Shown: positions 23,401 through 36,919 of the stretch, in pieces
How positions within the stretch are numbered: the first letter of the stretch is position 1
Layout: each line of letters starts with the position of its first letter
Source: Marsupella aquatica
Lineage: Eukaryota > Plantae > Marchantiophyta
Assembly (NCBI GenBank): GCA_973895155.1
Contig: OZ316897.1
Coordinates: 20,610,160 to 20,674,159, forward strand
Direction of reading: 5' to 3'
Length of the DNA stretch: 64,000 nt
The notes under the pieces: model-generated
Told to the model about the DNA's origin: nothing
Seen by the model: only the letters and a program-made list of their open reading frames with translations
Databases searched by the model: none
Position numbers and translations under genes: made by a program

Positions 23401-25976
23401 CTTTTTTTTACTTTCGACTACAACGGTGACAGTGATGAGCTCAATAATGATTTATTGCGCTTACTGGATTTTTATGGACATGTTAACATTGAATCTGCAC
23501 TATCTCTCATCAACCTCATTGACCCTGTCATGTCAAGGCCTGAATGCAAAGTTCACTTTAAAGAGTTCTGGAGGAAAGAAAAAGGCATATTTAAGTATCG
23601 AATCTATGATCGAGATGATGCTGCCAAGTGCTGGATAGATGCGGAGTCGGTTCAACCGGATCCTTCGTCTGATGATTCAGGGAGTGATGACGACATAGAG
23701 AATGAAGATAATTCATCTGAGAAGCTATATAAAAAGTATGAATACAAGTTTTGCGGCAAATGCAAAGGAAAACATGTCTTGGACCCTACGTCTCATTTGG
23801 CGACGTTGTGCTCCTTAGCTAGGTGTAGATGGAAAAATATTAAGGAAGCCCTTGAGGCTCTTGATGCTGCACTAAAAGTAGTGTATCGCCGAAAGAAAGG
23901 AAGCCCTAGTCACTTGGTAGAAGTTTGCATGCTTCAAGGAGCCTTGTTCTTTGAGCATAGGCAAGCAGAGGCAGTGGAGGCGTATGAGAGGGCCGTGGAG
24001 ATTTTGCGGGAAATGAATCAAAACTCCGATAAGATACGAAGTCGCTTGTCAATTTGCTATGGGATGCAAGCGCGGGTGAAGTTGGCAGAAGGAAGCCTTG
24101 ATGATGGTCTTGATTTAATTCAGAAGGCTGCACCAGTAATGGAGAAGGAGAATCCTGGAGAAAACTATTATCTTCAAGCGATGGCACTCCGATTGCAAGA
24201 TCAAGTTGCGGAGGCTGCAGCTTTGGGGCAAATGGCTTTTAAGGAGTTGATGAAAACGGAGCAATTAAAACCGTTCCAAACTCATATGGCTGAGAGTGCT
24301 TGGATCAGGACTTTTGAGAACAGTACTCTTCTAGAGGTACTCCAGTTCAATGAGAGGACCTCGTATTTTGGTATGAGGAATACCAGAGATGCCTTGATCT
24401 GGGCTGAAAGAAGCCGGACGCGGCTGTATATGCGCCATACCGAGGATCAGCCTTCCGTTGTCTCCTCGACATGTGAGCTATTTGATTTCCAATATGAGCA
24501 TGCTGAGGAGTTACTAGGGGATGCCGTACTGATGTGTGGACGAGAAACAAAAATCATCTCCTACTCTTACTGTAAAATAACCAAGTTTCTATTCTGCTAC
24601 CTAGTGTTTGAAGGAGACGATCGGAACATCAGGGTACATTGTGAACCAGTGCCTGTCCCTTTGGTCCTTAATCAGCTGTGGGCCAAAAGGGGAACGTCGA
24701 ATGAACCAGAGCCGACATTAGAGCAGCTTGTTGATAAAGCTGTGACTGCGATCAAAGCCACGGACCCGCGCAAGCTGAGGCCAAAGAAGGATTCTATCGA
24801 GGATAATAGGAAATGTGGCACAGAGAAACATGCCAAAAACCTGTTGAGCATCCTTCATTCCATTTTACTCAAACCTATTCTAACAAATCATAAATATCAC
24901 GATTTTGTTGCGAAGCAGTTGCGCGATCATTGTAAACATCTGGTGATCTCCCCACAAGGATTTTTATCCAAGGTTCCGTTTGGCGCCCTTTTCGATGAAG
25001 CTCAAGGAGAATTTCTAATTCAGCAGATAACAGTCTGTGTAATTCCTTCTATTCGCACTCTGCATCGCTGCTTTCAGAACCACGCTGGTTTTGAAAAGGG
25101 ATGGAAGGATTTGGAGCATCCGTTTGTTGCAGGTAATCCAACGCCAATGGGAGCAGGACTTAAAGCTCTTCCTTTTGCAGCCGTAGAAGCTGAAAAGGTT
25201 GCGAAGATCCTTGATGGCGCTCAACTATTTTCAGGCGAAAAGATGACAAAATCTGCTGCTGTCAAAGGTTTGAGTCGTAGCCAAGTGGTTTTATTGTCGT
25301 CCCACGGAATCGTAAACTCCTCTTACCCTCAAGGTGCTCTGGTGCTCAAGAAATCGGACACTTGTCCATCCAGCAAATTTGAGGAGACCCTCAGTCCAGC
25401 TGATATTCTTGCGATGCCAGGAAACATCCTTGCAGGGCTCGTAGTTTTGAGTGCTTGCGAGTCAGGACTAGGTACAGTCACACAAGCTGAAGGTGTGCTT
25501 GGACTCGGTCGTGCTATTCTGCAAAAAGGCGCTGTTACCACAGTTCTCACCCTCTGGAAGGTCGACGACTCAGCGACCACGGATCTTATCACTGGTAAGT
25601 GCACTTTTCAGCACCCAAAGTGTCATTGAAATTGCTCTGCTTAAACATCCTATATGGTCATTACAACCGTGAAAGGTCAAGTCTCAGCCTCTAGTTATGT
25701 ACATGTATGTTTTACTCATACACATAATCAACTGAGTCGAATTTGCCTGAAATGGTAGGAATGTTCGAGAACTTGCGCCTAGGGTGGACAGTGCCACAAT
25801 CATTACAAGCAAGCATGGTGAAGATGATCGACGACAAAAGAACATTGTATGAGTGGGCGCCCTTGATTACGATGGGTTCCCCGAAATTGCGGTTACCAAG
25901 GTATTCTTCCACGTCGTTTGAATTCGTTTCTACAATAACAGCAGAGATTCAATCGACACCCCCAGTGCATCCTTAA
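20476..25976 (+). CDS. TPR-CHAT caspase-like protease with a duplicated N-terminal helical domain (model 20476-21435, 22177-25594, 25759-25976; 1531 aa)
   Basis: CHAT motifs AERSRTR, LVISPQGFLSKVPFGAL, VAGNP, LPFAAVEA, catalytic LLSSHG and VVLSACESG, VLTLWKVDD, and WAPLITMG in the last exon. GT-AG junctions are phase-compatible (0 and 1) and total 4596 nt. TPR-like helices at ~23000-24300. Joining of the first exon is inferred. Confidence 0.88.
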
Positions 25977-28900
25977 TGTTGGTACCCAGTACCTTCAAAA
26001 TATGTGTGTTTTCTTTTGAGGTTCCTTGTTATTCTCATACATTACTCTTCTTATACATTACTCGTAGGTTCTGATCGAAAAGCGAATCTATGAGGTTTGC
26101 ATAGACCTCCATTAATTTCAATGTCAAACAGGATCGTTCATATATGAAACTAGGGACAGGTGTGTCTGTGTGTGCGCGTGCGCATTCCAAGTATGTACAT
26201 AATTTAAATATATATACGTTAAATTTCTGCCTGTGAAACGGCACAGAACCGACCTCCTGAGATCACCTGTTCTTGGTCCACGATAATCTGTAATAAACAT
26301 GAATACATGATCAGCGACTCAAAGAGCAATGCTTTCCAGCCAGCTATTGTTATGAATTTTCAGTGGACTTCATCAGTGTAGTAAATTCCGGGAGTTAGTA
26401 ATTCTCATCCTCCATGCGTTGGATCAACAGATAGAGATTAAAAAATGGTTCTAAATCGGATAATGGAGGCGAGACAAGATAAATGGTTGAATCGTGATCG
26501 AGCAATCAACGAAACATAGGCACGATTTGCAGATGGCTCTCGTCACTAAGGTAGTTTCGCAATATTGAATGAACACATCAAAACGATCTCAAACTCGGCC
26601 ATTAAACCAGGGAATTGCGTGACAGCACAACTTGATTTTGCATACTTTGCTAACTCCTCGCTCAACCTCCAATCTAGTTTAGGCAACAATCAATCAAAGA
26701 CCGCTGTTGCTTTCCGAGTACTGCTAAAAGCCAACCTTGGGATCGTCCTTCAAAATCATACACTTTTTCCCACAAACCACGACATCTACACTCCGCCAGC
26801 GCAGACAGAAGGTCGACTTATTCACAATATACATGATGGCCAAAAGACGCACACAAACGCTGAATGACGATGACTCCGCTGACTGCAGATGCAGAAGCGC
26901 AGCATCAAGAACGCGCCAAGTACAACCTTCCGGCCCTCCTATCACACACTCGCCAGGACGCATCACAAGAACCCTTCGCCAAATCGAATTCATTTCTCTC
27001 TCGTCATTCCCAATCGTCCTTACAACACTACCAAATAATCCTTCAAGAGAGACAAAAACACGAGCAGAACTCTACCTCCACTCTCCTGCACACTACACTC
27101 GATTAATTCTTAACGAAAACAAGAACTAATGAATCCAGGATAAACCCCGTGCTGTACACAACACGGAGGAAATCGCCCTGATTGTTCTTCTGACGGTGGT
27201 TTCCGTAAATTTCGCTGACGTTGCTCTCTCCCACGGATCGAGCTAGCTTTCGATCTAGAACCGGCGGAGCGCGCGCCATCCAAGCAGTTGACATATATAA
27301 TGTCGTCGTTGGTAAATTTGAGCACAGTCCAACGACTTAATTGCTCGTCCCCCGATTGGAGATGTTGTGTCCAGTTCGCGGCAGCTATAGACGTTGGCCT
27401 ATCTATCGATGATAAGTTTTTGAACCATCGGTATTCAACCCTCAACGTTATCGAATCCTCTATCACAGTCCGTTGAACATGAATTTCCGTGCGTCAGTTC
27501 GTTGGCCAGAATTCAATCGAGTTGGTGTACTGTTGCATTTCGTTTCGCAGTTGATCATTGTGTGATGCAGAAGATTCGGTTCCGCCGAGGGAGTGTGCAA
27601 ATTCTCTAGAAGCAGTGGGGTCCATTTTTAACGATTCGTTTGTGGTCCCGTTTATAAGGGATCCAGTTGTTAAGAGTCGGTGCTGGCATGGTTTGAAAAT
27701 CTTACTGGCAGGATGTAGAGCGAATGCTGAACCCGTTGGGCACAATTTCAAATCGGACCCTTGAGAACGCGCGTCGTTGGATCGTGTGCGAATGTGCAGA
27801 ATGATGACAACATCAGCTGCAACGCCAGAATTATGCGCTCCTCCAGCCTTGCAGATTTTGTAGATCGATCACTGGATCACTGCGAGAGACTACTATTTTC
27901 CATACTACAGTAGTTACTTAGTCTTTCTGCTCGGTACTGTTAGCCTTCCGAAATTCATCAGACCCTGAATTGATCCTTTGGCACTTTGGTCTTCTTTCGA
28001 TGCATTTCACAGCTGGTTGCGTACTTATATTGGGTTTGCGAAACCACCTCCTCCACGGCGTCTTCACTGCAACGCGTGTGGTCACCTGCGCGTCAATGGA
28101 AGAGAACAAAGGTCGCAGTAATTTGGCGACTGAGGCTCCGTCTCGCACTGATTCGGTTCCCGAGAAGTGAAAGCACTGGTATGGACTCCCGAGAAGTGAA
28201 AAGCTTCTCATGAATGAAGCACGCATGAGACCAATTCTCGGACATCGAATCTGGGACAACCCAACGGCGAGATCGACACTGTACGAGCGAGGTTCTTGAC
28301 TGCGTCTTGGCTTCACCTTCGTAATCGCACGTACTGGAATGTTGAATTCGTAGGAAGCGAGTGTGCACGGTGTACAATTCAAACACGGCGTGAAAAACTC
28401 GTGCTCCTTCACAACTTTCGCTTGAGGCCCAGGAGACAGACGTTATGATGGGGTTCTCGTTGGGGTTCTCGTTAACATACCAGTGGTTGTTGATCGTGCT
28501 GTTGATGGACCTCTCCTCTTTATTGATCCTGTTAGTTCTATTCAACAAGTTTCTCTCAGCGTACAATGTGATGAGAAGAAACGCTGTCTCGTGCCGAGGC
28601 GATGTCCGGTCCAGACCAAACTTTTGTTGAACTGTATTGCACCGTTGCGAGAATACTGTCCATGCTACACTGTCGGCTCCAGTTTGACGCAGCAGAGACA
28701 GGTCTCGAGATCATGGTTATCCCGACTGGTGGACATGGCTACTGTAGCTTTGCCAGTGGCACCATTCTCCAGGAGGATGCGAGCTTTGCGCTTGTGGCAC
28801 TCTTTTGGAAGTGCGATGCTGTGCATTCAGCAGTGGCCACTAAGCATTGGGCTGGTGGGAATGCGCTCTGACTAGACATTCGTATATAGCCAAGGAGTTG

Positions 28901-29237
28901 TATGGAGCTTGGCAATTCAGCAGTGAGGTGGTGGGAATGCCCTCTAGACATTCGTGTACAGCAATGGAGTTGTATGGAACCCTTAGTATAGTCAATTATA
29001 CTCAACTCTGCAATTTTCTTACAGTAGGTGACCTCCACATCGCCATTTTTGTGAACCTCTTACTACAGCATTCCATCCGGTTTGTAGTGTGAGTTGGAAC
29101 CCAAATTAGATACCACGTAGTTTCGTAGTGGCCCAAAATTCGCTGTGTGGAAGTCAACATAAAACCGTTCTCAGCTAGCAGTGTTTTGTGGTACCCGGAC
29201 TCAACCCTGGTTTGAAAATGGGTGGACAGTCGATATT

Positions 29238-29347
29238 GGGTTACAATTTCGTGTATAGAGTATCTGTAGGTGACCTTAGATTGGTTCCAATGGGTTACAA
29301 TTTCACGTATAGAGTATCTGTAGGTGACCTTAGATTGGTTCCAATGA
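29238..29347. repeat. Direct duplication of ~54 bp
   Basis: GGGTTACAATTTC..GTATAGAGTATCTGTAGGTGACCTTAGATTGGTTCCAATG occurs twice. Confidence 0.85.
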
Positions 29348-30394
29348 GAATGCTCCTGGACAAAATGTATGGTAGGCTGTAAGTTTTTTATACTACACGT
29401 GTATTTGCGTCCATTCTTTCAGACTGCTCCTTCCAATCCTTTGTTGGTTGCATGGCTTCAAGATATCCAGGTGAATACCGTTAAGAGTTCTCCATCTTAA
29501 AGCACGGATGCAATAAGTAAAGAGTCTGTTGGCACAATTGGCACCGTCGCAATAAGTAAAGAGTCTTTTGGCACACTTCGGCACCGTCTTCAGTAACACT
29601 TGGTGAAGGCTTTCGCTTTCACCTATGAACAGCATGTCAGTTGCTCTTGGTTTTGTGACCTGACTCCCTAGGTCCAATGTTTGACCCAGGTACCCTGGGT
29701 CAGGCGTATAAGATTCCTTGTTTGGGACGTTCTAGCTACCTCGGCATTTGGGCAGCCTCTTGTCAACTCCTGATCCACAAACAAAAGAAAAGTTTTACTC
29801 TCATCAGCAAGGTAATATTTCCTTCAAGAATTTTAAGTTGAGGTAACAGAATCCCATGAAGGGCAAGGGACCGGAAGGTCAGGGGCCTGCCACCGCAGAG
29901 ACAAACGCTTAGAGAGAAGATTCGTAGGTTATTGGCCTAGATATGGTTCCGAAGAGTGATCCCTTTCGGGACGTGTGGGCAAATTGACATACCATTCTGC
30001 ATTATCAGCACATGAAACAAGTCCTTACTTTTCTAAGCTGATTTTATTCCTTTATACCGAACAGAACGTCCAGCTTGTAAATTAAAGCGTAAAGTTCGTG
30101 GTCGGCATTTGCTTCTAGAACCTAGCCAACCCTATAATCGTCCCTTCTCAGCGTGGAAAGCTCGAAAATCAATTCTGCTAAGGTCCTACATAACCCTTCT
30201 ACCAGTCTCCCCCACTGCTCTCCTGTCTTGCCACCTACATGCCAAATGGTATCTTGTCATACAGATCATAGGGGGCAGAGGTACAATCTGCAATGCCCAT
30301 CACCTCCACGTCTACTCACGTCCACTCTGCCATCATCCGCTTTGGAGGATTCCGCAGGGCTTATGCTCTAGATTCTCCAACGACACTGAACCCT

Positions 30395-32695
30395 CTACTC
30401 AGTGGCTACTTCGCCATCTTCATCAGCTTTGGAAAGCTCAGCAGCAGATTCTATGGCAAATGCCTTCAGTGACTCCAGGTCACGAGGACCTAGTCAACAG
30501 CAAGAAGCAAGCTTTAGCATCTTCGTACAAAATCTTCCTAAGAAATAGAAGAACTACTACTGCAAAATTCCTTTCTGTGCCACTGCTACTCGGCTTCTCA
30601 TGATTTATGTTCTGTAAATTGACTCAAATTCTCCTAGAGAGTCGCGACAAAATTCACAACTCTCTTACGTCAAAGAAGTAGATCTACCAAGAGAACTGTA
30701 ATGGCACTTCCGCAGCAATACACTTGAGAGGACAACAACATGTCTTTAAGCTACTTATCGAAGGACTGGGACATACCTGAGTATTTCTTGATATCCTCGC
30801 CATTGTAGAAAATCTTCAATGTTGGATAGGAGCGAATGTCAACACTACTACAGGTCTTCTTCTGTAGAGTGCAATCCACAAGCCCAACCTCTACGCCGTC
30901 TTCACCCTCCAGAGATTTTCCGAGCTCTTCCCATGTAGGAGCCAATTTCTTGCTGCAAAACATTACCACGTGAGAGGTTCTCTGAGGACTGCAAACGAGC
31001 CTGCGGCTTGTTTCGTCTTAGCCAAACGCCAACTTATCAACAATTCCAAACTACTGTGTTTGTGTATAACAGCGTTCACTGACACCCTTTACACCTCGCG
31101 ACGCCATATCCTGAACAGATAGGACTTTAAAGAAAGAAACATAATGCCTACTCCAGGACTGTTGTTACAAAGGAGCAGAAGCAGGCACAGGACCTCTAAA
31201 TTGGATTGATCTCAAATCCCTCGTATGTCACTGATTTTCCTACCTATTCTAGATTTGCAGAAAAAAGGAACTATGCCGTCTCAGAAAGGACCTGAAAGAA
31301 GGGACATACCAATGACCGCACCAAGGTGCAAAGAACTTGATAAACCACACTGTGTCTTGCTCCTTCACCTGCATGGAACCTTCAAGTAATCAAATACAAT
31401 ACATTGAACAATCACCGCATCTGCTACTAAACACTTATAGCTTCCTTGTCGAGAAAATCACGAGCCCGCTTCCACAATCCACAGAAGTGCACGTCTGTCC
31501 AAGTCATACTCGGTACCCACATCCCAAATTCTTGAGATTGTTACAAAATCGGCCAATTGTATCATTCCCAGAACTGTTTAAGGTTCCATGAACGCTTCAC
31601 CAATTACTGCAGGTCGTGCACGAGTGAATGCACTCGTTCAGTCTTCATTCCTATCGGCGACATAATCAACATATTTCTGTCTTATTACACGTATTAGTGA
31701 CTCTAAATCTACTCATCTGTACAGATTTGCCATTTTCCTTCCTTGTTACACTTCTTGCGGAATATGACACCTCTTGCCCTTCTACGGGAATCCGGTCTTC
31801 CCCAAAAGATAAGCGGTCTAGTAACAGAAATTTGATGTACGAAAATTTTCTAGTTCCATGTTAACTCTCTACACACCAGAACTACCAAAATCTGGAGGAT
31901 GGTTTGTGAGACAAGTGAAAACGAGTGTCTTTGGCATCAACTAGGTTTGAGTCGGATGGTGAATAAGGACGAAACAGCGTTGCTGTCCTACGAGCCCCAA
32001 GGGATCCCCACTCGAGAGGCTCATAAAACTATATGATTTCACTATTCTCTCTCGGAAACACAACCGATCACATCGGTGAAATCGCCATCACGATGTCCTT
32101 TCAACAGGCAAACATGCTTACATCAGGTCCCCCAACCGAAACGGAAGCCCCCTAGACTCATTTTTTTGGTCTTTCGTGACCACTAATCACTGCACCACTG
32201 GATTCCCCGGATCTTCTCTGCACCGCCCGCTCGAGTCCCACCACTTACCGGTGGACCTAGACAGAATTCTCCCTACCCCTTTCGGAAAGACCGTCCTGCT
32301 GACAACAAAACTTGAAGAGTAGGAAACGAAACAAGGTACTGGGAGGGTCAAATCCTCCAAGTCTGCCACCCTAAAGGACCCTCAACTTTAAAAAGTAGTC
32401 ATGCATCCTAAATTCATGCCTCAATCCAAAATTTTCCTTCGCTCTGAGCAGGAGGAGAAGGTGAGAGCTCAGCCAAACCCCTCTCGGCCTACAGGACGTT
32501 GCACTGACCTCCTCCAGCAACAAGTCCTCCTGCAGCGAGTGAGGCAGTAGAGAGAAGATGGAGAAGATGGAGAAGATGTGAACCAACCTTATCAGTGAAA
32601 GTCGTATCGGTGAGAGAGACGACATCCGCACTCACGGTGGCCGCAAGCAGTGTCACCAGGAAGAGCGGCACCAAACGGGTAGCCATGGAAGTCAT
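30395..32695 (-). CDS. PDIL5-1: Single-thioredoxin-domain protein disulfide isomerase-like protein (PDIL5-1 type), 4 exons
   Basis: Exons 32695-32588, 31368-31310, 30952-30777, 30489-30395 with GT-AG sites give a signal peptide + [44 protein letters not shown]...VDIRSYPTLKIFYNGEDIKKYSGPRDLESLKAF. Confidence 0.92.
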
Positions 32696-33109
32696 TCCTT
32701 CCTAGTCCGCCTCCTCTCCCAATTCGGCACGAAGCTGAGAGAGAGATCTCTACTACTGTACCACAGTATGCTCGACGATCTTAATCACAGTCTCCGCTCT
32801 TCACGAGAAACTGAGAAAGCCTGAAGTCTCGTTTCTTCGGACGGCTTTAGAACTCTTCACAGACTACTGTAGTGAGAATCGCTTCCTCAGCTCCCTCACA
32901 CCGAATTCAGATTCCACCATCGCCCAATGCTCTCGAAAGGTACAGTAGTAGTGCTGTGAGCAAACGCGTGGCGAAAAGGTTTTGCCCCAAAACGCTTTTT
33001 TCCTTGCCCAACTTCCCAAGTTACATTATGCAAAGATTAAAAAAAAAAAAAGAGTATAGATTCGATTAATTTTTTTCAATTCTATTTAAGTTCAAGGAAC
33101 CGGTAGTCA

Positions 33110-33920
33110 GGTTAGTTCTTTTTTTATAAATGGGGGAATTTCTCTAAGCCCCTGCAAGTAACATTTTAGTAATATTGTCTGTTTTTTCCTAGCCCAAGTT
33201 ACAAGTCACTTTTTTAATAGAAGGGGGAATATATAGCTCTAAGCCCTGCAAGTAACATTTTAGGAATATTGTCTGTATTTTCCTAGCCCAAGTTACAAGT
33301 CACATTTTTTTTAATAGAGGGGGAATTGCTCTAAGCCTTCCCAAGTAGCAATTTATAAATATTGTCTGTTTTCTCCTTGCCCAAGTTCCAAGTCACATTT
33401 TTCTTCATGAATGGGGGAATTGCTCTCTAAGCCCCACATTTAACATTTCAGGAAATTTTTTCCTTGCCCAAGTTCCAAGTGTTAGGAATTAGAGTTTTCG
33501 GCTTCTAGTTAGTTTGACCTTACTAGGGTTAGAGTACCCTGGATTACATTAATATAATATCTGCTTAGTTTAGGCTCACACATCTCGGCCCTCTTGGGAG
33601 GTATGGTTGGAGGGAGAGCATTTGTTCCCTCATTCTTCCCATGTATTTTCTCATTAACTATGGATACTTCAGGAGTTTCTCCATAGTGATATTTTGTTGG
33701 TGTAGTATGAGATTGAGTACTCTCATGTTCCACATTGTTGTCTAGTTTGGATCATGACATTACACCAAGTCACATTTTTTTTAATAAATGGGGGAATTTA
33801 AACCCCCCAATTAACATTTTGGAAACATTGTTTTCTTGTTTCCTTGCCCAGGTTAAGTTTTTTGTAATATAGGGGGAAGTTGCTCCTAGCACCCCAAGTA
33901 TTATTTTAGGAATATCATGC
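33110..33920. repeat. Degenerate ~95-bp tandem repeat, interrupted by an insertion at ~33480-33765
   Basis: Recurrent GGGGGAAT..CTCTAAGCCC..GTAACATTT..ATTGTCTG..GCCCAAGTT(A/C)CAAGTCAC units; the inserted block is flanked by CCAAG and bounded by TGT..ACA. Confidence 0.8.
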
Positions 33921-35019
33921 CAGGGCAAAGCTTGCTCTCAAGGCCCAGTGAAATTTGAAAGGTGGGATGGATTGTGACACACAACATCAACAAAATTCTC
34001 CTATAGCACTCTTTAGAGTTTTGATTGAAATATGGTCTATAAATGGGCTCCTGACCCTTGCAACCGGTTTCAATTAGTTTATGCCATCGTGAGTGAGTCA
34101 TTGCTCCTGCACAAAATACTCAGGGTATCCTTCACAAATGTAATTATGTAATTAAGCCCAGATGCATTTTGTATCAAAAGCTTTTTTTAATACTTCAGGA
34201 AAGGTCAAAATCTATCTACGTAATTAAGATCAGAAGCTATGGTCAGGCTACTGTCAAGAGTAAAGTCTCCAGACCCTGACTTTGGGGCTGTAAGTGAGCT
34301 TGGGGGTGCAAGTGGAAGATGAGGATTTCAAGGCAAGGTGAGTCTTTGTAAATGTCCCAACAAGCTTGAATATTTTTGCCTCTATTTACATTCAAAAGAA
34401 ATCCAAAGAAAACAGTGTTGTGAGGACACACTAACCAAAATCTTGCCCCAAAAACTTTTTCCCTGCCCAAGTTCCATTTTCCTTCCTTCAAGTAAAGGGG
34501 AAAAATTGGTGTGGTAGAATTTTAGACAATAAAAATTATGGTCTCTAATATTGTATTTTTTGTATCAAAATCTTTTTCTGAATACGCACAACGGGCCAAA
34601 ATCTGTTCAATAAACTAAGCAAGCTCAAATTAAAACTAGGGTTAGGGTTTGCGGTCTAGAGTGAAGCCTCTACACCCTGACTGTTGGGCACAACTACAAT
34701 TGGGAAAGGAAGTGGAAATAGGCATCATTTGTATGTGAACAAAGTTCAAGCATTTAGACTAGTCAATTAAACCTCCACTGTCCCCTGGCCAAGCATTATC
34801 TGGTGGATCCAGGTTACCATAATGAATCAAAAAATGGTTTCAACAAAGTTCTACCAGCAGACTATTTTGTCCTTTCACAGCTTGGAAGATAGTCACAGTA
34901 CAAAGCCTTGGGCTTTGTCCAAAATTGTAACAATGTTGATTCATGCGCATAGAAAAACACTACAAGGTTTTAATAATAAATCCATTTTCCACACAAGCAC
35001 TCCAAGTTTTTAGAAATGG

Positions 35020-35363
35020 TGTTGAGAATAGACGACATTCGCAACGACAAGCCCATGAACCATCCAACGCAGAATAGTCGACACAGAGAGATACGTGGTT
35101 CACCTCCACATGAGGCTACGTCCACGGGAACACACAAGAGCTTTACTGCACTCTAGGCCGACCGGCCATACCAAGCATCCACAGCACAAGCTCTTCCTAT
35201 CTCTCAACTAGCTCCGTAACAATGAGCCTATGTTCCACCAGGGTCTGGCATCAGCCCTGGCTATATGCACAATAGCACTACCGCTAACCTTAGCTAGGTC
35301 CTAACCCGAGTTAGCCTAACTGTGGTTAGCACAAGAGTTACAAGACTAGAGCAATATCTAACA
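35020..35363. mobile_element. Solo LTR, 344 bp, with a perfect 5-bp target-site duplication
   Basis: AATGG|TGTTGAG.....CTAACA|AATGG (TSD at 35015-35019 and 35364-35368). Confidence 0.88.
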
Positions 35364-36919
35364 AATGGTCCAAACTTTTAGTTTATATCTAATATACTTT
35401 AATAATCTTGTTCAAACTTTGAATAACTACTTATTTTTGTGCACAAACACTCCAAACTTTTGATATCTATTGTACTAGTCCAATGCTTGTGCCTTACATA
35501 GAAGATGTCAAGGTGAAAAAAAGATGTTGAAGAGAGAAAAAGTTGTTGAGGTGAGAAAACTATGTTGAGGAGAGGAAGATATGTCATATGTTGAGTTAAA
35601 AAATGCATGTTATCAACCAGATTGTTGTTAGCGACGCAATTGGATAGAAAAAAATTAGGGGTCATGTAAGGAAAAGTTTTGCTTGTGCAAGTAATTTTTT
35701 TACTGTTTACTCGCACGCTACAATGACCTCTCCTCTATCATGGGCCAGCACAGAGGGCAAGTCAAGGAGTACGTACCAGGTCTGGGCGAGGAGGAGTACC
35801 CTGGTGTAGGCAAGGAGCAAGTACACGTACTCGCCTTGATGAGTGAGTACAGTCTGTCATGGCATAATGACAGGAAAAGGGGGCTACTACAATCCTCCAT
35901 GGTGAGGTGGCAAGGGCCTGGCTAGTACTGTCCTCCATGAGCTGTGGCAGGAGGAGGTGTACTCTGGCTAGTATAGTCCTCTATGACCAGTGGCCGGAGA
36001 AGAGGACTTGTCATCCTAATGGGCCATTGCATGAGGACAGTACTTTCCTTGGCATGAGGAATCTAATGGCAAGCCTGCCTTCTTGTCATTTCGTAAGCAG
36101 ACTAATCTTACAAAAGAGAAGGATCCCATATGATAGGAGGTTGATTAATTTCTTGCCCACAGGCACTCCAAACATTTAAATAATTTGTCCAAAATTCTAA
36201 TAAGAACTCCAAACATGTTACAATTTTGTCCGAATAGTAGTAAGCACTCTTGAGTGGATAGAATGGGCCATGTAGGTCAAACTTTGGTGATCAGAAGTTT
36301 TTGAAAAGGATGTCCACAAGTGAAGGTGTAACAGGTGTCACGGTCCATGAGAGGATACATGATAGTGTGCTTGGTCCATGGGAGCATCATTTCCCACTCA
36401 AAACACTATAATTTTGCCCCAATATGTAACAAAAAAACTCCAAAACTCTCACAACGTTTGTCCAACACTTTTATTATATAGTTATTTTTTGGGCCAACTT
36501 GATGGCACTAAGGTAGTACAGTCTACTGTGCATAAGTGCACCATGTATAAGTGCATTATGTGGGTAACTGTGGCTGAATGTGTAGTCCCTTAATATTACA
36601 GTGCTTCCCTTTGTAAATGCACCAAAAATGGCACCATCTGTAAGTGCAGGTACGCGTCACCAAACAATAAATACATAAGTGCATTCCGTATATAAGAGAC
36701 AGTTTACATGCATTTATCAATTACTGCAACATACATGCTAGAAGAGTTTATTGATAAGTGCAATGGATAGTTATTTACAACAGTTTCATGCAGTTTTCTG
36801 GTTGAATTGTGCAATATAAGGGTTCAGGGTTATGAGGAGTCCCACATATCTGACCCAACAACTCCTGTAAGGATTTGCATTAGCAATCTTAAATGCCCTC
36901 ATTGGATAGTGCAGCAGGC

